Below the pieces are notes generated by a model. That model searched no databases and was not told where the DNA came from. It saw nothing but the letters and a program-made list of their open reading frames with translations. Both the position numbers and the translations under genes were made by a program. DNA of 64,000 nt from Methanobacteriota archaeon (GTDB lineage: Archaea; Thermoplasmatota; Thermoplasmata; SG8-5; JAGLSY01), in the NCBI GenBank assembly GCA_020697715.1, contig JAEHCO010000003.1:1-64000 (forward strand). The letters are read 5' to 3'. Of this stretch, positions 57,280 to 64,000 are shown in pieces (within the stretch, counting starts at the first letter, position 1; each line of letters starts with the position of its first letter).

Positions 57280-57601
57280 ACATTGCCCTCCTAAATGTCT
57301 TGTAGTTCATTCTGGTAATCTGACATCCATCATACTTGGTTCTTTAGGCATGATGCACGTATGAAAATTGCTTACACAACTTCAATTCCCATGAATTAAC
57401 TCCCCTTATTATTCCTAACTATATCATACTGGGGTTATTTAATTATTTTCTATGATTTCTCAAGTCTGGGATATCTATACACACTCGCCTGAGCTAATGT
57501 GACCAGTCAGAGTATTGGAACTTAATGAAGGCTCAGCAAACCTTAAGATGCGGTATTATGGCTTCGGGCTGATCGAATACCTATCAGTTATGTGTTGAGG
57601 A

Positions 57602-58372
57602 TCATCCAAGTTTCTGAATTATCATCTCAGCAACTTTCTCTCCTGAGAGAAGCATTCCACCGAAGATAGGCCCCATTCTTGGAGCGCCCATGACAGCGTT
57701 TGCCGCCATTCCAGCCACATACACACCAGGGAATACCTCTCCTGTGTTCTCGACCACAGTCTGTTCTCCGACTTCCGCCCACATGGATTTCTCGCCCTCT
57801 ATCTTGCCACTGGGGGTAGTAAGCTTACCGGTCTTTCTTTGAACCACGTGACATATTTCAGAATCATGGCCTGTGGCATCTATCACGGCCTTGGCTCCGA
57901 GTGTCAAAGGATCCACATGCAATCCAGCCACATCTACGGCGGACCAGTTGATGACAACTCCGTTCACAATATTTTCTCTCATCATCACGTCCTCTACAGT
58001 TGTCGCGATCATCATCATAGCACCGGCATCCATGGCGGCCCCACATAGCTTGGAGACCGATTCAATAGAATTGGCTGTATAATATCCATCATTGCAATCT
58101 TCAAGTTTTATTTTGACTTCCTCAAGAAGATGCTTGGACTCCTCCTGAACTACAAGAACAGGAAAGGTCATACCCCCTCCCCACATACCTCCGCCAGGAG
58201 ATAATTTTCTCTCTATTATCAATACCTTCTTTCCAGCTTTGGCCAATATCCTGGCAGCTGTAAGACCAGCGGGCCCCGCTCCGGCAATTACAACGTCAAC
58301 TTCTATCATGCTGAGGAATTCCCTAGAATATCTTTCAAATATCTTCCTGGTCACTTCTACATCTTCAATCAT
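57602..58372 (-). CDS. thi4: Sulfide-dependent ADP-thiazole synthase (His-type Thi4)
   Basis: [37 protein letters not shown]. Confidence 0.93.
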   Translation of the reverse strand: MIEDVEVTRKIFERYSREFLSMIEVDVVIAGAGPAGLTAARILAKAGKKVLIIERKLSPGGGMWGGGMTFPVLVVQEESKHLLEEVKIKLEDCNDGYYTANSIESVSKLCGAAMDAGAMMMIATTVEDVMMRENIVNGVVINWSAVDVAGLHVDPLTLGAKAVIDATGHDSEICHVVQRKTGKLTTPSGKIEGEKSMWAEVGEQTVVENTGEVFPGVYVAGMAANAVMGAPRMGPIFGGMLLSGEKVAEMIIQKLG

Positions 58373-58465
58373 CTAAACCACCTTATACTGCCCAATATCT
58401 TGAGAGCTATTTCTGCTCGATAAGTTAATTCGATATTTAATCTCTATTATCAATAGTTATAGGTC

Positions 58466-59131
58466 TTAATGGATCCTGCCACACCTGATGCACTGATATC
58501 GTCCATCTCCTGTCATGGAGAAGCTTCCACCACAGGATGAGCATTTATTGGCAATTTGTTCGGGTGGAGGAGGAGGCGCAGATGCGACCTGGGAATTGGG
58601 TGAAGGCGGTGGTTGATCGTACACGGGCGTGTGCTCATCAGGATACTGCTGTTGTGGAGGGGGTGTGTATTGATGCTCCTGATAGATGTGCTGGCCATGG
58701 CTAAGTGGCTCACTTATGAGGATAACGGATGTTCCTGCTATCCTGTCAAGGTATTTCTGCTTTGGATCACCTTCTGTCATCATGCCCACTATCACATCGA
58801 TCAGCAATAGAAAGCCATTGATCTTGGAGATATTTCGGATCGCCACTTTACCAACATCCAGATCACCTGAAAAGGCGATCACCCTAAGACCTAATATCTT
58901 CTTTCCCAAACTGGCTCCCATTGTAAGTTCTGTGAGCAAGAAATACAAAAAGGCCACGACGGCCAATGAACCGACATAATAGATATCGAAGCCCCATGCC
59001 AGCTTGAAAATGGATAATATTGTCAAAGGGATCGATATGATCACATAATCTAAGATGGCCGCGATAATTCTCTTTATCCAGTGATCTTTCAGTGCTTCGT
59101 CCGAACCTATTATATCCATGGCTGATGTCAT
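58466..59131 (-). CDS. RDD-family membrane protein with Pro-rich linker and C-terminal Zn ribbon
   Basis: KRIIAAILD, SLGKKILGLRV, IRN, DRIAGT; CSSC...CIRC. Confidence 0.85.
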   Translation of the reverse strand: MTSAMDIIGSDEALKDHWIKRIIAAILDYVIISIPLTILSIFKLAWGFDIYYVGSLAVVAFLYFLLTELTMGASLGKKILGLRVIAFSGDLDVGKVAIRNISKINGFLLLIDVIVGMMTEGDPKQKYLDRIAGTSVILISEPLSHGQHIYQEHQYTPPPQQQYPDEHTPVYDQPPPSPNSQVASAPPPPPEQIANKCSSCGGSFSMTGDGRYQCIRCGRIH

Positions 59132-59343
59132 GTCATCCCTTCTGATATCTTTCAGTATGAAATTGTTCGATATAAATATTTAGGTGAGCGGAGTCTAACT
59201 TTCACAGATCCGCAAGTAGCTATATATATCACCAGTACAATCCAGTTCATACCTTCTACGGAAGGGGGAGTGATGTTGATGTATATGGATAGCGGTAAAT
59301 GCCATTATCAATATTCATCATCATAAATATTGGAGCGATCATT

Positions 59344-60282
59344 ATGGGTAACATAGTAATAGCCATCGGAGGCAATGCCCTCATCAAGCCTGGCCAGGAA
59401 GGCACCATCTATGAGCAATTCGCCAATGCGAGAGAGACATGCGAGCAGGTGATCAAATTGGTGAGAAAGGGGCATGATATTGTCCTGACACATGGAAATG
59501 GGCCTCAGGTTGGCAATGCTCTTTTGAGGCATGATAATTCCAGGGATACCATTCCTCCGTTCCCATTGGGCATGTGTGTTGCAGAGACCGTGGGATCACT
59601 GGGGTACATGCTCCAGCAGACCATGCAGAACACTGTGAAGATGGCTGGTCTAAATAAAGACACTCTGACAGTTATTACTCAGGTGGTGGTCGACAAAGAT
59701 GATCCTTCTTTCAAGAACCCGACAAAACCAATTGGCCAATTCTATGAAAAAGAATGTATCATGAAGATGGTGGAAGAGGATGGTTGGTCTGTTGGAGAGG
59801 ATAGTGGAAGAGGTTGGAGAAGGATGGTACCATCGCCAAGGCCAGTGAGGATAGCGGAGATAGGAACCATACGCGAACTACTTGCCGAGGGCAGGATAAT
59901 AATCGCTTGCGGTGGTGGTGGTCTTCCAGTCATCGAACTTGAGGACAAACAATTGGATGGCGTGGAGGCTGTTATTGATAAGGACTATGCCTCGTCCAGA
60001 CTGGCACAGCAACTGGGTACCAAGCTTTTCATAATTCTGACAACCGTTGATAAAGTATCTATCAATTTCGGAAAGCCAGATCAGAAGGAATTAGACACCA
60101 TCGATCTTGATGAAGCCAAGACGCTCATGGCGGAAGGTCATTTCCCGCCAGGTTCAATGGGTCCAAAGATGGAAGCCGCCATTGATTTCTTGGAAAATGG
60201 AGGCGAGGAGGTCATCATCACAGAGATCAGCCTTCTGGAGCAGGCACTTGAGGGTAAGGCTGGCACGCATATAGTTAGCTGA
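59344..60282 (+). CDS. arcC: Carbamate kinase
   Basis: AIGGNAL, THGNGPQVG, PTKPIG, GWRRMVPSP, AVIDKD, GSMGPK. Confidence 0.95.
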   Translation: MGNIVIAIGGNALIKPGQEGTIYEQFANARETCEQVIKLVRKGHDIVLTHGNGPQVGNALLRHDNSRDTIPPFPLGMCVAETVGSLGYMLQQTMQNTVKMAGLNKDTLTVITQVVVDKDDPSFKNPTKPIGQFYEKECIMKMVEEDGWSVGEDSGRGWRRMVPSPRPVRIAEIGTIRELLAEGRIIIACGGGGLPVIELEDKQLDGVEAVIDKDYASSRLAQQLGTKLFIILTTVDKVSINFGKPDQKELDTIDLDEAKTLMAEGHFPPGSMGPKMEAAIDFLENGGEEVIITEISLLEQALEGKAGTHIVS

Positions 60283-60307
60283 GATATGTTCGATCTCTTA
60301 ATTGAAA

Positions 60308-60350
60308 TGAATGAAAACTTTCAGATTCTTCAGGGTCTGATAGTTTTCAA
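60308..60350 (+). repeat. Partial copy (3' stem module) of the structured repeat element
   Basis: tgaatgaaaactttcaga...tctgatagttttcaa aligns to 10009-10049 tgaatgggaacattcagg...cctgatagttttcaa with compensatory changes. Confidence 0.6.
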
Positions 60351-60389
60351 CCCAAATGCTTAATTATTAAAGCCACGATAACTAATCGA

Positions 60390-60854
60390 ATGAGCTTTGA
60401 TCTATCTGTTGTTACGAATACTCCTTTATCTGGGATAAATGACCTGGATGAGGCTTGCATGATCTTTCTGATCAATATCGGTTATCTGCCCAAAGGGTAT
60501 GAATTGAGAAGCAATGGTGAAAATGCCAGGGATAGCATTCCCTTCAGATTGTTCGTCGACTGTCTTTTGAAAAGAAGGGACAAGGTCTGGCTCATTGAAG
60601 AACTGGCTGCTGAGCTTGAAACATCCAAACCTACGGTTTACAGGCATATCAACAAGCTCAAGTCAATGGACCTTCTTGATTTCACACAGGTCGAAGTATC
60701 TGATAATACATTCAAGAAAGGTTACAGGTTGAGATATGATAATCTGGCCAAGGCATGGAACTTCGTCGAGGCCCATGTCGGGGTCGCGATGGAGAACTAC
60801 AGAAAAACTGTGGATCATATCCAGAAATTGGTCGAGGCAGAAAGGAGGAAATGA
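60390..60854 (+). CDS. Winged-HTH transcriptional regulator
   Basis: IEELAAELETSKPTVYRHINKL. Confidence 0.8.
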   Translation: MSFDLSVVTNTPLSGINDLDEACMIFLINIGYLPKGYELRSNGENARDSIPFRLFVDCLLKRRDKVWLIEELAAELETSKPTVYRHINKLKSMDLLDFTQVEVSDNTFKKGYRLRYDNLAKAWNFVEAHVGVAMENYRKTVDHIQKLVEAERRK

Positions 60855-61010
60855 TTGCGAGAGCGAAGCGATTGCAATCAGAGCTTCGAACAAGATTCGA
60901 AGCTTCATATGTGCGAACAAAGTTCTCACATACGAAAGCTCGGAATTGAATGCGAGAATAAAATGATTGCATTCAAAAGTTCGAACGAAGTAAGAAATTC
61001 AAAATGGAGA
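60851..61010 (+). repeat. Start-site hairpin repeat, three tandem units
   Basis: tgattgc-gagagcgaagcgatt-gcaatca; tatgtg-N13-cacata; ttgaatgc-gagaataaaatgatt-gcattcaa-aagttcgaa...ttcaaaatggagagg. Confidence 0.75.
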
Positions 61011-61018
61011 GGTTATGA

Positions 61019-61306
61019 ATGTCAAAAACAAAAGATGAGGAACCAGTAGTTCTCACTGTTGGCTCCCAATACAGAGTGAAATCACTTGAATCCAGGGAAT
61101 CCCCACTTATCACACATGGTAAATTCCTGGGATATACATCAATTGGCAACGATGATGGACTATGCATGGAACTGGATGATTCCCACAAGGATATGAAGGG
61201 ACGTATCCGGGTCATACCAATGCACATGCTGGTATGCATCGATATTATCAAAGCCAATGAGAAGAAGGATGAGAAGAAGAAGCCAGTTGGCACCATGTAT
61301 GGGTGA
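61019..61306 (+). CDS. Small conserved hypothetical protein (beta-rich, possibly Sm-like fold)
   Basis: SD GGAGAGG; coupled to the next gene; fold call is tentative. Confidence 0.65.
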   Translation: MSKTKDEEPVVLTVGSQYRVKSLESRESPLITHGKFLGYTSIGNDDGLCMELDDSHKDMKGRIRVIPMHMLVCIDIIKANEKKDEKKKPVGTMYG

Positions 61307-61632
61307 TCATGCCAGCTGAGTTCGACAGCAGCAGTCTTGAAGCGCGTGTTCTGAGATTACTGCAAAAGGCATATCCTATAACACTTGATGAAATGGAGCG
61401 CAAGCTCCGAATATCCGCCTTGAAATTAAAAAGGGTTCTGGCCACACTTGAGATAAAAGGTCTTGTGGCCATCAGACCCCTTCCGGATAAGACCTATGTG
61501 GATCTCATAAGCCAGAACTTCAGGTTCACAGGTAGAAATCCCAGCCAACAGAAGAAATTAAAGCATACGAAAGCAAAGAAACCTGGTGGGGGCGATCAAA
61601 CGAATGATTATGATGGCCCCATGTTCGGTTAG
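61303..61632 (+). CDS. Winged-HTH domain protein
   Basis: RVLRLLQKAYPITLDEM...LKRVLATLEIKGLV. Confidence 0.7.
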   Translation: MIMPAEFDSSSLEARVLRLLQKAYPITLDEMERKLRISALKLKRVLATLEIKGLVAIRPLPDKTYVDLISQNFRFTGRNPSQQKKLKHTKAKKPGGGDQTNDYDGPMFG

Positions 61633-61640
61633 GTGATCGG

Positions 61641-62099
61641 ATGAAGACCAGACCGATCAAGGAATGGACATTTTTCGCTTTTCTATTTATTGGAGCGATA
61701 TGCGCGATCCTTCTGCCGATGACGGTACTAACATACATGGATTATGCAGAGTCTGGGTATGGTGTGGAAGTGGAGATGGGCGATGCACGACTTGGATCCT
61801 CGGGCGAGCTTATTTTCGTCATGAGCATCACCAATCCGGGAAAATTGGAATTACAGGCGACAGGAGCGGAGATCATTCTCATGGATGGTTCAGAGGTTCC
61901 TGTGAAAGTGAACATGCTCCTGGATATTGATCGGAAAGGCACAGAGGAAATACAGGTCCACATACCACTTTCTGAAGGTGGTATGGCACTTGTTTCCCAG
62001 GGTGAAATATCCTATTCGATAGAAATGGACGTATATGTGCCATATAGGGATGGTTACACAACTCATAGATCCGAAGGAATATTGGAGGTGTCTCCTTGA
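61641..62099 (+). CDS. Hypothetical membrane-anchored protein (beta-rich, LEA/WHy-like)
   Basis: N-terminal TM; ITNPG motif; SD AGGTGA. Confidence 0.6.
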   Translation: MKTRPIKEWTFFAFLFIGAICAILLPMTVLTYMDYAESGYGVEVEMGDARLGSSGELIFVMSITNPGKLELQATGAEIILMDGSEVPVKVNMLLDIDRKGTEEIQVHIPLSEGGMALVSQGEISYSIEMDVYVPYRDGYTTHRSEGILEVSP

Positions 62100-62596
62100 A
62101 AGACCTCCAGGAATCCACGAAAAATAAGCTGGATGATATGGGAGAGAATTGGGACATTCAGGATGAGCAATTGGAGGAATTGAAGGTGCTGAAATTCAGC
62201 TCCTGGCCATGGACTGTCCTTAAAGGAGCTTTGGGTGTGGTGATCGTCACCACCGTATACCTTCTGTATTCTCTAGCTGAGATCCCCTGGACACTGGGCG
62301 AGTCCATTGCCGGGATGATGTTATTTGGCTTTGTACCGTTCTTTGTCAGTTTCGTTCTGGGTATGACCTTCGAGAATGGCAAGAAGGCTCTGGCCTTTTC
62401 CCTGATGGTTGGCATGACCTCGATACTGCTTTTGTACGTGATACTGAACCTGCCATACAGCATGGGTCTTTTTGATAGTCATGGGGATGGCTATGGGACC
62501 TACATGTGGTGGTACATTCTATTATCATTCATCAATATGATATCATTCATGCCAGTGGCGGCAGTACTGGCATCCTCGACTAATGTGTACGAGTGA
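62096..62596 (+). CDS. Hypothetical 4-TM membrane protein
   Basis: Four hydrophobic segments; overlaps the previous stop. Confidence 0.65.
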   Translation: MKDLQESTKNKLDDMGENWDIQDEQLEELKVLKFSSWPWTVLKGALGVVIVTTVYLLYSLAEIPWTLGESIAGMMLFGFVPFFVSFVLGMTFENGKKALAFSLMVGMTSILLLYVILNLPYSMGLFDSHGDGYGTYMWWYILLSFINMISFMPVAAVLASSTNVYE

Positions 62597-62686
62597 TCAT
62601 GTGTATGATCTGCCATCAGATCTCAGGATATCGAATTATTGATTCATTCATCAGACTTTTATAGAGGTTCATCGATTGTGCGGAAG

Positions 62687-64000
62687 ATGACCTCACAATA
62701 TTATGACGAGATCATAGATGCCATCAAGTCTGGCAAGATCCAAACCAAGGATGAGATCCATAAAATGAAGATCGCCCTTTGCAGGAAATACCCCATGGAG
62801 AGCATACCCAGTGATGCTGATATTTTGGGACATGCTGATCCGGATGAACGCGAATTCCTCGTGCCCTTCCTGATGATCAAGCCAGTGCGTACGATAAGCG
62901 GTGTGGCGGTGGTCGCGGTGATGACCTCTCCGCATGACTGCCCGCATGGAAAGTGCATCTTCTGCCCTGGAGGAGTGGACAATGGAACTGCCCAGTCATA
63001 TACTGGCCAGGAGCCAGCAGCTCTGCGCGCCGCCCACAATGAGTTCGACCCGATCAGGCAAGTCCAGTCTCGATTGACACAACTGAAAGCCATTGGCCAC
63101 AAGACTGGCAAGGTGGACCTGATAATCATGGGCGGGACCTTCACGGCCAGGGATGCGGAATATCAAGAGAACTTCGTGAAGGGTTGCTTCGATGGAATGA
63201 ACGGTACTGTTTCCAGTAGCATTGAGGAGGCACATTTGCTCAATCAGAGCGCGGATACAAGATGCATTGGAATGACCGTGGAAACAAGGCCAGATCATTT
63301 TATGGAACCTCATATCGACATTTCACTCGGTCTGGGAGCGACCCGGGTGGAGCTGGGAGTCCAGACACTTAATGATAATACTCTGGTGGATGTGAAAAGA
63401 GGGCATGACGTGGCTCAGACAGCGAGAGCCACACGACTAACGCGCGATGCCGGGATGAAAGTTGGATATCACATGATGCCAGGCCTTCCGGGAGAGACAC
63501 CCGCCAGCGATCTGGCTACCTTCAAGAAATTATTTTCAGATGAGAGATTCATGCCGGATATGTTGAAGATATATCCGCTTCTTGTGATCGATGGTACCGA
63601 ACTCCATCGCATGTGGCAGGCTGGAGATTACGAGCCCTACGAGATGGATGAGCTGGTGAAGCTGCTGGCTGACATAAAAGAGATACTGCCGCCATGGACT
63701 CGGATACAGCGCATCCAGAGGGATATCCCGGTTCAGCTGATAGAAGCGGGGGCACAGAAAAGTCATGTGCGAATGATGGCACAGGACGAGCTGAAGCGCA
63801 GAGGAAGTAAATGCAATTGCATAAGATGTCGGGAAGCTGGCCACAATCAATTGCGTGGTATCGACATTGGAGAGGTGTCGCTCGTGCACAGGCAATATGA
63901 AGCCGCGGGTGGCATTGAGCATTTCATATCATACGAAGACAAGGTGAAGGATATAGTACTGGCCTTCACCAGGTTGCGAATCCCCTCGGAGAACGCGCAT
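62687..64000 (+). CDS. elp3: Elp3 tRNA uridine(34) acetyltransferase (radical SAM + KAT), 3' truncated
   Basis: Not in the ORF track (no stop in window). Manual translation MTSQYYDEII...KPVRTISGVAVVAVMTSPHDCPHGKCIFCPGG...QSYTGQEPAA...MGGTF...TVETRPD...RIQRDIP. Confidence 0.93.
   Translation, partial: MTSQYYDEIIDAIKSGKIQTKDEIHKMKIALCRKYPMESIPSDADILGHADPDEREFLVPFLMIKPVRTISGVAVVAVMTSPHDCPHGKCIFCPGGVDNGTAQSYTGQEPAALRAAHNEFDPIRQVQSRLTQLKAIGHKTGKVDLIIMGGTFTARDAEYQENFVKGCFDGMNGTVSSSIEEAHLLNQSADTRCIGMTVETRPDHFMEPHIDISLGLGATRVELGVQTLNDNTLVDVKRGHDVAQTARATRLTRDAGMKVGYHMMPGLPGETPASDLATFKKLFSDERFMPDMLKIYPLLVIDGTELHRMWQAGDYEPYEMDELVKLLADIKEILPPWTRIQRIQRDIPVQLIEAGAQKSHVRMMAQDELKRRGSKCNCIRCREAGHNQLRGIDIGEVSLVHRQYEAAGGIEHFISYEDKVKDIVLAFTRLRIPSENAH

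Noticed and set aside
57280-57600. Small leader peptides or ncRNA between thi4 and the roadblock gene
   Set aside because: Only 6-14-codon ORFs and weak hairpins, with no second copy or motif support
58373-58465. TPP riboswitch upstream of thi4
   Set aside because: Leader is short and lacks a recognisable TPP aptamer core

Overview
Archaeal chromosomal segment of moderate GC content. The gene set (two-repeat tRNA splicing endonuclease, PCNA, archaeal TyrRS and AspRS, Pth2, PurP, His-type Thi4, Hjc-like nuclease, Elp3) suggests Thermoplasmatota (inference). About 60 mostly housekeeping CDS, one tRNA-Leu(TAG), and an ArsR/ArsP/thioredoxin/CcdA cluster. No CRISPR array, rRNA, integrase or transposase was seen. 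Two themes stand out. (1) Dispersed non-coding structured repeats with compensatory base changes: a ~130-nt multi-stem element at 9924-10054 and 52440-52572 plus a partial copy at 60308-60350; a hairpin family with a conserved GAGA-N6/7-YGATT loop sitting right behind Shine-Dalgarno sites at three gene starts; tRNA and gene 3'-end direct/inverted duplications; and IS200/IS605-end-like hairpins. (2) A eukaryote/Asgard-like signalling toolkit: a KaiC-family ATPase with two tandem Rab-like GTPases, a roadblock protein coupled to a double-domain KaiC/GvpD-like ATPase, two STAND-type NTPase-TPR proteins (one with a longin/roadblock-like insert), and membrane proteins sharing a SHOCT-like motif. Starts were corrected by hand where the ORF track over-extends. 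All family calls come from motif recognition, not database searches.
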